A stretch of DNA of 59,465 nucleotides, the filler included, from Malassezia furfur (taxonomy: Eukaryota), in the NCBI GenBank assembly GCA_052055015.1. It is 3 parts of 3 records of this genome, joined end to end, with 100 filler letters (N's around TTAATTAATTAA, not from the genome) between each part and the next. Parts side by side here need not be neighbours in the genome. Positions count along the whole stretch, not along the records: positions 1 to 19,850 come from JBQJIT010000182.1; positions 19,951 to 39,768 come from JBQJIT010000183.1; 1 more part is not named here. The stretch is one strand, 5' to 3'. The position numbers and the translations under genes were made by a program. The notes under the pieces were generated by a model that was not told the origin of the DNA, ran no database searches, and saw only the letters and a program-made list of their open reading frames with translations. Of the stretch, positions 10,044 to 22,485 are shown one piece after another. The number at the start of each line of letters is the position of its first letter. The first letter of the stretch is position 1.

Positions 10044-13000
10044 ATGCTGTGGCTGTCGCAGACGCACCCCGCATCGGCCACGGTCGCCGCCGTACGCCTT
10101 GACCGGTGGTACCCCGACGGTCCGTGCTTGTGTGTTGCGCAGCAAAGTGCGTTGGCCTTTTATACGCTCGCCGAGCATAGCACCGATGCAGAGGGCGTGC
10201 AACAGGCGCAGCGGCCACTGTCGCTCCTGGAGCGGGTGCCCCTGCGTGCGCGTATCCTGGCCCTTGAGGCCATCCGTACGGACGGCGCACCCGATCGCGT
10301 TGTTGTGCTCACTGACCACCCCGTTCCGCGCCTGATTGCGCTGCGTCCCACGAGTGCTTCGGACGTCTACGACCTTGCGCAGCCTCGTCCGTGGCCCCAC
10401 ATCCATACCGAGACAAGTCTTGTGCTGCACGACGCTGCGCGTCCTCCGGCAGAACTGGGATTGGGGCTGTACATGGAGCCGTCGAATGCTGCGCTACGCG
10501 GCCGGTGGGCCGCTACACACACCCACACCGGCCAGCTGCGCGTTGTTCCGCTGGACGGCTTTGAAGCGCCGGTGCAGACGTCGCACGCATTCAACGCACG
10601 GTATGTCGTATGCTGACACAGTCTTCCTCATGTTTTCCTGGTGCACGCCGCGTTCCTTGCGCGACGCGACGCCGAGGCGCCCGCCGTGCTGGCGCTGCTC
10701 AGCCTGTCGAGCAAACCGTCGAAGATTGCTGGGTTTGGTGAGCAGGGCCTGCCCGTGCTGTCTTTCCATATGCCGGATGCACAGACACAGCAGCTGGAGC
10801 CTGTGCCATGGGGTGCCCCACGCAAGGCGCCGCCGCCGTCCGAGGCGCCCGCCGAATACCGCTCGCCGGTCGCTCCTGGCCGGCACAAGTGGCCGGCGGC
10901 GGTCGGTCAGCGGATCGATGCAGCGGAGATTGACGCGCGCGAGCGCGCATGGCTCAAGGACCCGCTGGTACACGCGCATGTGCCGCTGCCGGTCGACGAC
11001 GCGCGCACGGCCCATCTGCTGTGCGCAGTGCCGGCCGAGGCAGGCGGCGGCGTGCTTGTGTTTTGCGAGACGAGCATCGTGTACGTGCCGCCCCCAACCT
11101 CCCCTGCGCCCGTACGCCCCCGCGGCGGCGCTCGCAGCGCCAAAGAGAAGCGGCGTATGAGCGCGGGCAAGGAGGCGCATACCGAACACGTCCAGCGTCC
11201 CCGCGCAGCGCCCAAGCGGCGCAAGGTGCCGGGCGCGGACACTGACACGTCCGAGGGCGATGCGGCGGACGACGGCACGCGGAGCGAATTGTCGGACGTG
11301 GCCCTCGCACTTACGCAGCTCGTGCACCTGCGTGTCGGGCGGCCGATGACGGTAGCGTCGGCCACGGTGTTGGACGGTGCGCCGCACGACGGGCCCGTCG
11401 AGGTGCTGCTTGGCACCACGGACGGTGCACTGTATGTACTGAAGCTCGAGCGGCACGCGACCGATGCGCACGGAAGCGCCGCACCCGGTGCGCCGGCCCG
11501 CGGCGTGGCACGCATGCAGCTCCGGCGTGTCGGCCACTCGTCGGTGGCGAGTGGTCCGCAGGGATTGACGCCGCTGGGCGAGCGCTTTGTGCACATCAGC
11601 AGCGCACTGGGTGACGCGGTACTTGTGCACGTGGATGACGTCGTCTCCGACGTGTACCGCTGGGCCAACCTTGCGCCGATCGTCGATCTCGCCGTCGAGC
11701 ATGGCGCGGACGACGCACGGACCACCCGCGCGCAGCGGCGTGTGGTGACGTGCAGCGGTGCGGGGCCGACGTGCAGCGTGCGTGTATTTTGGAACGGCGT
11801 CGCGACCACCGAGGTGGCCCGCATCGGCGTCGCGTCGTGTCTCGGCGTCGACGCCGTGCACACCTACACGCCGGACGCCGTGACGGCCTTCCTGGTGCTG
11901 CGCTTTGCGGCGCACACGCAGGTGCTCGACTGTGCGCGTGGCATGGCCGATGCAACCGACGTGTTCCGTGCGCGAGGCGTGCCGCTCGACGAGCGTGCGG
12001 TGCATGTACAGAGCGTGCGCGCCGCAGCGCCAACATGGGTCCTCGTCACGCGCCGCGTCGTAGCGGCAGTGCTGCCCAACACGTGCACGGTGTGGACGCC
12101 CCCGGACGACGCTGAAATTGTCGCAGCGGATGCACAGGATGACGGCGAGGTGCTCGTTGGTCTACAGGGTGGCTGTGTTGTGCTGCTCGCCCTGCACGAT
12201 GGCGCATGGGCCGTGCGGGCGTCGCATCGTCTCAGCGCGGACGTTGCGGCCGTGGCACTGCCCGGCGCCGAGACGCTGCCGCTTGCGCTTGTGAGTGTGT
12301 GGGACCCCCCCGGGCTCGTGGCGCTGTCGGTGCCGGATCTGGCGCCGTGCGCGTTCGACGGCGCCCCACGGCATGCACTCGGCGCACTGGGCGTGTCGTT
12401 GCGCCTCCACAGCTTTGCGCCCGGCACACCGACCTACGTGGTCGTGGGTCTTGCGACAGGCGCCGTCGAGGCGTACTCGCTGGCGCACGTCGGTGCGCCG
12501 CTGCATCCCGTCCATACGCTGCATATCGGCCCGGGTGCCGCGCACATCGCCGCTGTCCACGGCCGCAGCGTCGTGGCGTTTGGTGAGCAGGCATACGTTG
12601 TGTCGCTCCACGGCGAGCGGCTGCAGTACAGCGCGCTGCGATACACGCATCAACGCGCCGTCGCGTCACTCGCGCTGCCAACCGCCGACGGCACGGCGCA
12701 CGTCCCGCTCGTCGCCGCGCTCACGCACGAGGCCCTGCACGTGTTTTCCGTGGACGACCTGAACGGCACCGACGTGCGTACCGTCGACCTCGGCGTGGAC
12801 CAGCCCACGGCAATTGCTGCACACGACACGGAGGGCGCGTACGTCGTCACGACCTGGCCTGCGCTAGACGCCGAGCGCGGCGCAGAAGCCTGTGGCGCCG
12901 TCCGCATCGTACGGCCCGCCGAGTCGGCGCTGGGTGTGCCGCTGCGCCTGCTGCGCAGCGAGCGGCCCAACTGTGTCACAGTCGCCACGCGGCAAGGCCG

Positions 13001-13949
13001 CACGCTCGTACTTGTCGGCACGGGCTTTGTGCGTGCCGACGAGGAGGAGACGAAGGCGGGGCGCCTGCTAGGCTTCGAAGCGGCGCCAGACGCCACGCTC
13101 GTGCCCGTGTTTGCGCTTGACGTGCCCGGCAACGTGTACGGCATCGCGTTCGCTGCAGACCACGTCGCTGCGGCGATCAACGCGCAGGTACACACCTACG
13201 CCTTGGACACAGCGACCCACGCCCTCTCGCTCGTGTCACGCTGGGGCTGCGCCTTTGTGGCAAGCAGCCTTGCCCTGGCGCCGGACGGGCGCACACTCGT
13301 GGTGGGCGACGCGATGCGCTCGCTCACCGTGCTCGCCGTGTCCGACACGGGCGCGCTCACCGAGCTGGCGCGCGACCTTGACCCGTACTGGACGACGGCC
13401 GTGGCAGCGTACGACGCGGCGCGGCAGCAGTACCTTGGCGCAGACATTGCCATGAACCTGTTTGTCACGGCGCGCGTCCCGACGCGCGTTCAGGGCGAGT
13501 GGGGGCATGTGATGCGCCGTACGGCCGCGTTCCACTACGGCGACATGATCAACCGCTTTGTGCCCATGCCTCCGACGGCCACCGGCGACGTGCAGCCGCG
13601 CGCGCAAATCGGCACTGCGGGTGGCGCTCTCGGCGTCGCCTGCGAGGTCGAAGACGACCTCGGCGTGTTGCTCGACACCGTACAACAGAGCCTCGCGCAG
13701 GAGGCCGCCGTGCCGGGCGCCATCCCGTGGGACGAGTGGCGCACGCTGCGCACGGACCACCGCACCGCGCCGCCGCGCGGCGTGCTCGATGGCGCGCTGC
13801 TGCGCATGTTCTTGACGTGCACGCCGGTACAGCGCGAGCGCGTTGTGGCGGTCGCCAGTCACCTCGCGCGCAAAAAAGAGCGGGGCGCGGCGCCCATCTC
13901 GTCGGACGCTGTACTTCGGGCGCTGGACCGCATCGCGATGATAGGCTAG
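10044..13949 (+). CDS. DDB1: DDB1-like (MMS1/CPSF_A family) triple beta-propeller protein
   Basis: AFNARL across 21-nt intron 10601-10621; NLAPIVDL, VVTCSG, VVGDAMRSL, ELARD and FHYGDMINRF are typical of DDB1. Confidence 0.8.
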
Positions 13950-13950
13950 C

Positions 13951-16322
13951 CTAGGCTACATAGACCGAGCCGAGGTTCTCCAGGACGCACTCCACGTCGG
14001 TGTGTGCGTCGCGCACACGCAGTGCTCCGAGCGCATGCCGCCCGCGTGCCACCGCACACAGGTGCAGCACGGCCGTCGCACTGCTCCCGGCCGGTACCGT
14101 GCCAAGGCGCACCTCGGCGACCTCGGCCAGCATCGCTGTGGGCGCAAGCGCCGAGCGTGCAACCCGGCCCGCGTCCCACGCCACCACGGGCTCGACGGCC
14201 TCAGCAGACACGTTCGATACGCACACATGCACGGCCAGCTTGCCGCACACTGGCACCGCGTCGCCGGAGCCGCTCTCGGGCGCCACGCGGACAGAGGCCA
14301 GAAGGCGGCGATCCGTGCGCGCGCCGCCCGCGTGCTTTGCCCATTCGGCGCCCGCGCCGTCGCGGCCCCACGCCGTAGCGTGGTGTGCGCGAAGGGGGGG
14401 TGTTGGCACGGGCGCAAATGGCGCCGCACCCTGCGCGCGTGCCTGGGCGTCTTGCAGGTAGGCGAGCGGCGGTGCAGGCAGGGTGTCCACACGCGCCTCT
14501 TGGGCCGGCTCGTCGCCCGCTGCAGGCGCCCTGGCAGCAGCGGCCGGCTCACTGGGGCGCCGCGGCGGCGGTGGGGGGGTCGGTAGATCCCGCTCGACAT
14601 GCGCGGCAAGCGTGCTTGCGGCCAACGCCGCGTCGCCGGCCACTAACGCAGGCGGCGCAGGCGGCGCGCGGTCCGCATCGTACTGCATCGCATCGTACAC
14701 GACCGACTCAGCTGCAAGACGCACGTATTGCTCGACTTGCAGCGTGCGTAGGTCCAGTACGCCGTCCCACTGGGACGCACACGTCACGGGTGCGGCACCC
14801 TCCGCACGCACGATCGCGGTTTGTACCGTCACGCGCGTCTCACGCCGCGGCGACCACTGCTCAACCAGCGACGCAAGCGCGCCGGGCGCGCCGCCAAAGT
14901 CGTCGAGGTGCACCGTGTACAGCACGTTGAACTGCGCCCCCGCGCCGAGGCGGATCGGCCACGCAAAGCCGCCGTCCGCCGGTGCCACGACGGGGGTGAT
15001 CGACTCGGTGAGCGCATCGCTTGCCGCGTCGGGTGCAATCGGCCCGCCGACCGCAATGTCTACATCGTGCACCTGCACGTCACCGTGCGTCAGCGCACTC
15101 TCAAGCTCGATGCACAAAAAGACGCCACGCGCGCCGCTCGGCAAGGTATGCGCACGGTTCAGCGTGCGCATGCGCACGTACATGGTCGGCTGCACACGCA
15201 GCGACGCAGAAGCATGCCGCGTAAGCACGACAATACCACGCATCACCGCCGTCGCAACGTCGTGGGCTGGCGGCGCATCGGTCGTGCGCGCCGGCGGCAT
15301 CGACGTCTGTCTCGCAGGCGTCGGCCGCGTGGTGCGGTCGACATGCTGCGCCTTGTTGGCCACAGCGAGCGGCGCAAGCGCAATGTCGGCATCGGATGCA
15401 ATCGCGGCGTTTTCAAGGTCTTTTGCACGCGCCATGGCGTTCACCAGTTGCGCACTCTGGCTGAACGGCGCGACGAGGTGCACGCCTGTTGCGTGCGGGA
15501 CGAGCATCGAGAGCGGCAGCAGCGTGAGCCGTGACGCAATGTGATGGTGCCGCTGCTCGGCGGTCTCATCTGGGACCGTGACACTCTCGCTGTACAGGGC
15601 GAGCAGGTCGACGTCCACCACGTAGGGGTCTTCGGCGCTCAGGAACGGGTGGCCTTCGCCTGCTGCAAAGTGGAAGGGCGTCTGCGGCGGAGGCGCATCG
15701 ACGCGCCTCACAAGGCGAGAGAGGTCGAGGCGCAGCGCGAGTGAGGCGTCCAGGCGCACCGTGTCGATGCCCGGCTCGGCGCTGGGGTAGGCTGCGTCAG
15801 TGTGCACAACATACGTATCACGACATCACACAGCCAGGCGACGCGCCAGGCGTGGGCGTGTGTGTCAAACACGATGCCGCTCACAAACGCAGGGTCCGTA
15901 AGCGGGGTGCGTGTGTCTGCTTCAGCAAAGCGGTCGTTCTCGTCGCGCAGGACGAGCGTGCCGTCCGCCTGCGCACCGTGCCAGCTGCGCGTGAGCAGCG
16001 GCACGTCGTGGCCTTCGCGTGTGCCGTGCATCATCACATGCAGTGAGCCTAATAGTACGCGCAACAAGTGCGGCACACCGGTATCGGCGGCGGACTGGTA
16101 CGTCGCGTGCGCGGCATCGTCCGACGGCGCAGGCAGCTTGCTCGGTACACTGGGAAGCGTGAGCACGAGCTGCGCTCGGACGCGCTCGTCGTAATGCACG
16201 GCCGTTACCTGCTCCGCAGCATGCCCGGGTACCTGTAGCGACGCCGAGGAGCCCGTATAGAGCGCGGCCAGGTCGGTGCACAGCGCCCGCGCCTCGGCGA
16301 ACGCCAGCGTCGGGCACAGCAT
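13951..16322 (-). CDS. Probable TRAPP II subunit Trs65-like protein
   Basis: Two ORFs joined by 23-nt intron 15814-15792. Ig-like beta segments and C-terminal 'VRLGTVPAGSSATAVLHLCAVARGRHALGALRVRD' resemble TRAPP accessory subunits. Confidence 0.5.
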
Positions 16323-16409
16323 GGGCGTGTGGGGCAGCTGCTGGAGCGCACGTGGCTTTCGGCGTCGAGACACGCCCCCGGCAGGCGCGCCGCCTACGGC
16401 ATTGACTAC

Positions 16410-17306
16410 TTAGGCCTCGAAGGTGAGCGAGGCACCGAGCTTGTGCGCACTCGCGTCCGTCGAGCCAGACGTGAGCTTGAGCGCGTCGAGCGCAAGACCG
16501 AAGGTGGCCTTGATGCCCGGGCGGAGAGCCTGCGCGTAGCCGAGCGCAAGGATACCCGAGTTGTTGATCTTGGCCTTGATGAACGCGGCGTTGTCGAGGT
16601 AGGTCTTGGTACCCACCTCGAGGTTCACGTTGCTCGAGGCCTTCGAGTCGTACGTAGCGCGCGCGCTCGCCTCAATGTCCGAGTTGACGCGGTGGTAGTA
16701 CGAGGCGCTGTACGTCGACAGGTTGCCGAGGGCGTGCAGCGCAACGGCGTACTCAGGCGCGTAGAAGCCAGCCGCCAGGTTGTAGCGGGCGAGCTTCTTG
16801 TCCTTGGCGTCGTACGCGGTCTCGGCACCCACCAGGAAGCCGTCGCGGCCGAGCACCACATCGGCGGTCAGGAGGGGGCCCTTGAACACGTCGACAAAGT
16901 TGCGTGCGTGCACACCCGGGGCACGGTACGAGGCAGCGAGCAGGGCGTTCTTGGCCTGCTTCTCGGGCACGAGCGTCGAAATGAGCTCGAACTTGAGACC
17001 ACGGGCGAGGTGGTTCTCGAGCTCGACGTGGTTGCGCAGCACGTTGGCGGTCGACCACGCCTGGGTCACAGCCAGACCACGCTTGCGGTTCACCCAGCTC
17101 GCCTCAAGGTCACCGCTGATGTTCTGCGACTTGTTGTCGTGCAGACCAAACACGCGGAAGGTCACGCCGGAGGGCGTGCGGGTCTTCACCTCGAGGGTCG
17201 AGCCGTGGATCGGGTAGTCCTTACCAAGGATGTCCGAGGCGGCCTTGCCAAGGTCCTTCCAGCTGGGCGGGACGGGCTGAGTCGGGGTCGTCGTCGTCGT
17301 CGACAT
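16410..17306 (-). CDS. POR1: Mitochondrial outer-membrane porin (VDAC)
   Basis: PPSWKDLGKAASDILGKDY N-terminus; KAKINNSG and HKLGASLTFEA C-terminus; about 298 aa. Confidence 0.95.
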   Translation of the reverse strand: MSTTTTTPTQPVPPSWKDLGKAASDILGKDYPIHGSTLEVKTRTPSGVTFRVFGLHDNKSQNISGDLEASWVNRKRGLAVTQAWSTANVLRNHVELENHLARGLKFELISTLVPEKQAKNALLAASYRAPGVHARNFVDVFKGPLLTADVVLGRDGFLVGAETAYDAKDKKLARYNLAAGFYAPEYAVALHALGNLSTYSASYYHRVNSDIEASARATYDSKASSNVNLEVGTKTYLDNAAFIKAKINNSGILALGYAQALRPGIKATFGLALDALKLTSGSTDASAHKLGASLTFEA

Positions 17307-17562
17307 GTCGTGGTCAGAGTTCGGAGCAAGGGAGTTGGTGGAACACGGCGGAGCGAAGTCGGGCCGCCGGGCCAATGCGTTCCGCGCTGGCACCCCGCCG
17401 CATCGGCACTTTCGGCCGGAACCGGCAGATGCGGGGCACGTGGTCCCACGCCGGGGGTGGTCCCACGCGGGCTGGGGCGCAGCGCCGCAGGCGCCCGCGA
17501 TCGCTGCACGCCCGATCCCCTGCGCACCGCCTGCCCCCGCCTCGACTCGGTTGAAGCGCTCG

Positions 17563-18152
17563 ATGAATCCACACCAGCAGGACAAGGTCGACATCTCGGT
17601 ACGTAGCACCCGTCGCATGCCCACTGACCCGCCAGTCGCTCACGGAAGAGGAGCAAAAGCTCTTCCGCTTGTACGGCAAGCTGCCGACGCGCAAGGACCT
17701 GCTCGCCAACAAGCTCAAGGTAGGTTTTTGCGCCACTGCTCACACCTCAGGAGCGTAAATACTTTGACTCGGGCGACTACGCCCTCTCGAAGGCGGGGCG
17801 CGCTCCGAAACAGTCGGTCGGCACCACGATCCCCAACCCGGACATGGTTCCGCACGCGGCCAACATGCAGGCGGGCACGCCGCCGATCCACATCCCGGGC
17901 CATGGCGGCTCGCCGCCCGCCGACGGGCATGCGACGCCGATGGGCATCCCCGGACAGAATGGCTCGAGCCCGACGGGCGGGCATGCGCACCGGCTCTCTG
18001 CGTCGATCGGGAGCAACGTGTTTGGTGCATCGCCCTCGCGTTCCTCCTTCCCCACCGCGACGGGCGTGCATGCTGGCAGCCCCGGCGGCGAGCCGACGAG
18101 CGCGCTGGCGCGTGGCTCGATGGAGGCGGACGACGATATGCGCGACGCTTGA
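17563..18152 (+). CDS. IGO1: Endosulfine / Igo1 mRNA-stability protein
   Basis: MNPHQQDKVDIS|SLTEEEQKLFRLYGKLP...|ERKYFDSGDYALSKAG; introns 17599-17635 and 17720-17750. Confidence 0.9.
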
Positions 18153-18392
18153 GTGCCCATGCGCACTCATGCGGTGCGGTGCGGTATGGTGCAGCGTGTG
18201 TCCATGACTTGTGTGTATAATGCTTCGAGGCTATGTACATTGTGGTGCCTATGCAGTCCGCTCGAGGCGGACCCGCGTACCATAGACCCTGGGACCCCCG
18301 CCGGTTGTATGTAAATCTCTCCTTCCCACGTGACAGGGCATGCGGGGGCGCGTGCTTCCTACGCCGACCACGGTGCACGACGCGTTGGAGCG

Positions 18393-18917
18393 ATGGACCC
18401 CATCACGCAGCTCGAGGATTCGCTTGACACGCTGCTTAAGGTGATGGCCTCGGCAATCGCCTATCTCTCGCGTAAGGCCGGGCACAAGCAGGTGAATGCG
18501 CGCGTGCCGCTGACGGTGCTCGGCACGACCGAAGCGCTGCCGGACGACGTGCTGAAGGCGAATCGTGAGGAGCTCGTGCACGACCTCGTGTCACAGGCCA
18601 AGGAGGTCGAGCAGCACATCCGTGCGCTGCCGAGCCTCGACACGGACGAGGAGGCGCGGGTACGTGCGCTGCCCACTGACGCAGACGGCGCGCCTCGAAG
18701 CGCTGCAGACGCGGCTGCACACGGCGAACGATGCGTACCGCGCCGCAGTCCAGGAAGCCCGTACGTACTGGCTGCTTACCCAGACATGCTGCTTGGACAG
18801 CTCGACACGCTGCTCGAGCGCCTGTGCGCCGAGCGCCAAGCGGCGCGCGACGTGCTCGACCCCCCGCCGGCCGCATCACGTGGCGAAAGTGGAGGCGGCG
18901 TCGCGCGAACCACCTGA
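18393..18917 (+). CDS. MED21: Mediator subunit Med21 (Srb7)
   Basis: MDPITQLED...LVHDLVSQAKEVEQHIRALPSL; introns 18660-18684 and 18761-18783. Confidence 0.8.
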   Translation: MDPITQLEDSLDTLLKVMASAIAYLSRKAGHKQVNARVPLTVLGTTEALPDDVLKANREELVHDLVSQAKEVEQHIRALPSLDTDEEARVRALPTDADGAPRSAADAAAHGERCVPRRSPGSPYVLAAYPDMLLGQLDTLLERLCAERQAARDVLDPPPAASRGESGGGVARTT

Positions 18918-18966
18918 TTTCGGACGCGGCGTGCGGGTGGCGCCACTACTTGTCTTCTGATCTGCG

Positions 18967-19365
18967 ATGGAGTCGGCGCCGTGGATGGTGCCTCCTGGCA
19001 CGACACAAAGTATGGAGGTGATTCCGCCGCTGTCTGCATCGGACGATGCGCGTACATGGGTCGCGCACGGCGGTGTGCCCGAGTCGCCCAAGTACTGGGC
19101 GCAGGTCGAACTGCCCGACATGTTTCTCAGCAACCTGTTCCAGCCGTCGGAAGACGGTGCGCTGCGTGACGATGCCCTGACCGACTTTTCCGGCTCGGCG
19201 ACCACCGGTAGTGACTCGGGCGAGAGTCCCGAGGCGTTCCAGGAGTTTATGCTCGGCCATACGTCGGACCCATCGTCGCCTGCGCAGGACACCAGCGACG
19301 TGCCGCCGGTCCTGTCGTCGCCGCAGGACGAGGTGCCCGCGTTCAAGGCGAACGCGTCGCTCGAT
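18967..19365 (+). pseudogene. 5' fragment of an unidentified gene with an acidic Ser/Pro-rich N-terminus, broken at a junction
   Basis: Coding-like acidic sequence (MESAPW...QDEVPAFKANASLDG) turns into antisense-of-GCD7 sequence near 19360. Confidence 0.45.
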
Positions 19366-19778
19366 GGCATGTTCGGCTCATGGGCGGCGCCGGGCGCCGC
19401 GCCCGCGCCCGCCGGCGCGCTGGCCAGGTCGCCCAGATTCTGTGCCGCCTTGGCTTCTTCGCGCAGCAGGAACAGCACACGCCGCGTCACGTTGCCGATC
19501 ACGGGCTCCGACGGCAGCGCATCCTGCAGCACATGCCCGACCGTGCGGATCATGCGCACGAGCTCCTCGAGCCGCCAGTACTTGGCGGAGCTCACGACGC
19601 CGCGGATCGTCTTCGCCGTCGCCTCGGCGACTGCCTGCGTCCCTTGGATCTGCTGCCGCCGCAGCTTCGTCGCAAACTCTTTCACGGCCAGCTGCGACGC
19701 GCGGTCACGCACAACATCCTCCAGCGCGCCGTACTCCATCGCCTCGGTCGTGGGCGGCGCCGAGCTGCGCGCCGACAT
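19360..19778 (-). pseudogene. GCD7: eIF2B beta subunit, N-terminal ~140 aa only
   Basis: KLRRQQIQG...LEELVRMIRTVGHVLQDALPSEPVIGNVTRRVLFLLREE matches the eIF2B-beta N-terminus; the C-terminal Rossmann-like domain is absent. Confidence 0.75.
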
Positions 19779-19850
19779 TCGACAAAGGGCGTTTAGTCAA
19801 CCTACGGGCGGCCGCGGCGCCGCACGCCGCCGCGGTGGAGGCGCCGCCGC

Positions 19851-19950
19851 NNNNNNNNNNNNNNNNNNNNNNNNNNNNNNNNNNNNNNNNNNNNTTAATT
19901 AATTAANNNNNNNNNNNNNNNNNNNNNNNNNNNNNNNNNNNNNNNNNNNN
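19851..19950. other. Assembly gap / artificial linker
   Basis: 44 N + TTAATTAATTAA (19895-19906, stops in all six frames) + 44 N. Confidence 0.97.
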
Positions 19951-21394
19951 GCGAGTGCTGGTAGTGCGGCGACGGCACACCGCCGCGCAGCGACTGCCGG
20001 AACCGCGTCGGCGAGCCCTGTGGGGCGCTCGGCGGCGTGGTCACGGGTACACTGCGTGGCGACACGGGCGGCGCACTGCGCGGCGTCGACGGCAGGGGGG
20101 CCGGCGAAGCAGCGTCGCGTTGTGGTGTCGCGGCACGGCGCTCGGGGCTAATGGCGCGCGGCGTCGCATCCCTGTGCTCCGGCGTCGTGGCGCGCGGCGT
20201 CGCTGCATCGCTGGGCGCCGGTGCTCGGGGTGTAGCAGGGCGCACGGAACTGGCCTCCGGCGCCGTGGGCGACGCAATCATCTCTTCGCGCAGCACCATG
20301 GTCTTCCGGCGCTCGGGGGAGCGCCGTGGCGACGACAGCGAGCGGTCCGGCGACGTACGCGCAGAATGCGCAAACTTGCCCCACGTCGCGGTCATCTCCA
20401 TCGCCGACTCGTCCATCGTCGACGCCGAGTCGGTTGTGCGGTCCATGGACGTATCATCGGCGATGCTGGGCGACGTGGGTGCGGGCGCGGATGCAGGCGC
20501 TGGCGCTGCAGTGTACGCCTGCGTAAACTGCATCGAGATGGACGCATCTTCTTCGCTCTCCTCGTCCTCCTCCCATGCGGGCGCCGAGACGCCCGTTATG
20601 TCCATCGCGCTGTCGCTCGTCATATCCAGTGCGCTTGTGCTTGCATCTGCCGCCTCGGGCTGTGCATGCCATGCATTCGTCATCTCCATCGTCGCACTCG
20701 TATCCGACGCGAGCATCGACTCGTCCGAGTCCATAGTGAGGTCCATCGACACCTCGTCGCTGCTCGTCGTTGTGTCGGCGCGGCTGCTCGGCACAGGCGA
20801 GCCGCGGTCCATGAGCCGCTGGGCGGGCCGGATGCTCATCGTCGGCTCGTCCTGCTCAAAGTCGGTCTTTTCCTGGTGCGCACTGAACGTCACGCGGCGC
20901 TGCCGCCGCGCGTGCTCCGGCGACGTACGCGTCGGCACAACAGCGACCGTGTGCTCGTGCCGCCCAAGTGGCGCCATCGACCCGGTGGCCTTGGTGGGCG
21001 ACGCCTTGGTGGGCGAGCGGTACAGCGCCGCAAACGGGTTCGGCAGGCCGGGCGAGTGCGCTGGTGCGTCGTGCTCCCACACGCCCTGCAGCGAGGTGCG
21101 CGTCGTCGTCTCGACCATGTGCGCAATATCGGACCAGCCTGGCGCTCGGATGTGCTCGCGCTCCGTGTTGGGCCCGAGCGCCGTGGGGCTCACAAACACC
21201 TGGGGGGTCGCGCGAATCGCGCTTTTGCGGGGCTGCGTGAGCGGTGCAACACGTACGGCGCGCGCCTTGCGCGCAGGGCTGGGTGGCAGCGCGCCCATAC
21301 TTGCCGCGCGCTTCCTGCGCGCCTTGGCTGGGCTCGTGTTCTCCTTGTTCGGCGACGACGCGCTCGGCATCGACGGCCGCGAGCGCGCGTGCAT
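19951..21394 (-). CDS. SPC105: Kinetochore scaffold Spc105/Spc7/KNL1, 5' part truncated by the gap
   Basis: KEN box (NKEN), SILK-like RKSAIR, PP1-binding RRVTF, and repeated MELT-like motifs (MDLT, MEMT, MDIT, MQFT, MDRT, MEMT). Confidence 0.85.
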
Positions 21395-21438
21395 GGTCCC
21401 TGCTCGCAACCCACAACACGACGCGTCGGTCACGTGAC

Positions 21439-22481
21439 ATGGAGCGGCCATGGTACCGGTACGGCGCGGCGCCGATGGTGAACCAGTCGGACCTCGCGTT
21501 CCGGCTGGCCGTCGTCCAGATGGGCGCGACGGCGACATGGACGTAGGTCGAGACACTTATTTAGCCAAATGTACACGACGCATGATCTCGAAGACCCGGC
21601 CGTGCGCGAGCCGCTCCTGCACGCGCTGCAGCTCGGCCGCGACGCGCCCGAGAGCCGTGACCGCGTGACGGGCGCGCGCACTCCGCAGATTGTGCAGCTC
21701 GCGGGCGACGACCCGGACGCGCTTGTGCGCGCGGCGCGGCACGTTGCGCCGCTCGCCGACGGCATCGATTTGAATTTGGGGTGCCCGCAGCGCCGTGCCA
21801 AGGAGGGACACTACGGCGGCTACCTGCTGCACCCACGCGACTGGCCGTTGCTGGATACGATCGGTAGGTACCCATGCTGACCGTGCAGTGGGCGCCCTCG
21901 TGCACGCGACGCCGCTGCCCGTCTCGGTCAAGATCCGCCTGTGCGACTATGCACCCGACACGCCCACGCTCGCAGTGCGTCTCGCGCGGGCCGGCGCCTC
22001 GGTCGTGACGCTGCACGCACGCCATGTCGCAATTCATCGGCGGCGGGCGCACGCCGCCAAGCTTGAGTATGTCGCACAGGTGCGCACCGCGCTCGACGAT
22101 GCCCAGCTGCATGCGTCGCAGCCCGGCGGGCACTGCCGCTTGCTGAGCAACGGCAATGTGCGCACGTTTGACGACATCACACGCAACCTGCACGACACGG
22201 GCGCGGACGGCGTCATGGTCGGCGAGCCGCTGCTCGACCGCCCGCACGTGTTTGCGCCGTCGGTCGGCGCTGCACTCACCGCGCACGACGCGATGTGCAC
22301 CTACCTGCGTCTGTGCGAGACGTACCCGCTCGAGGCGCAGGTGCCACGGGTGCAGCAGCACCTGCAGTCCATCGTGCACGCCGGCTACACGCCGAGCCGC
22401 GACACTCGCCTTCTCCTCGATACCCTGCGCGCCGCGCCGTCGGTCGCGGCGATGCGCGCCTATGTAGAAACGCTTGCCTAA
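21439..22481 (+). CDS. DUS1: tRNA-dihydrouridine synthase (Dus1-like)
   Basis: AAPMVNQSDLAFR, IDLNLGCPQ, VSVKIR, TLHAR, SNGNV and GADGVMVGE; introns 21543-21564 and 21864-21888. Confidence 0.85.
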
Positions 22482-22485
22482 CTAG

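Noticed and set aside
19895..19906. TTAATTAATTAA palindrome, repeated at 39813-39824
   Set aside because: Centred in identical N44 flanks; an artificial six-frame-stop linker, not a biological site.
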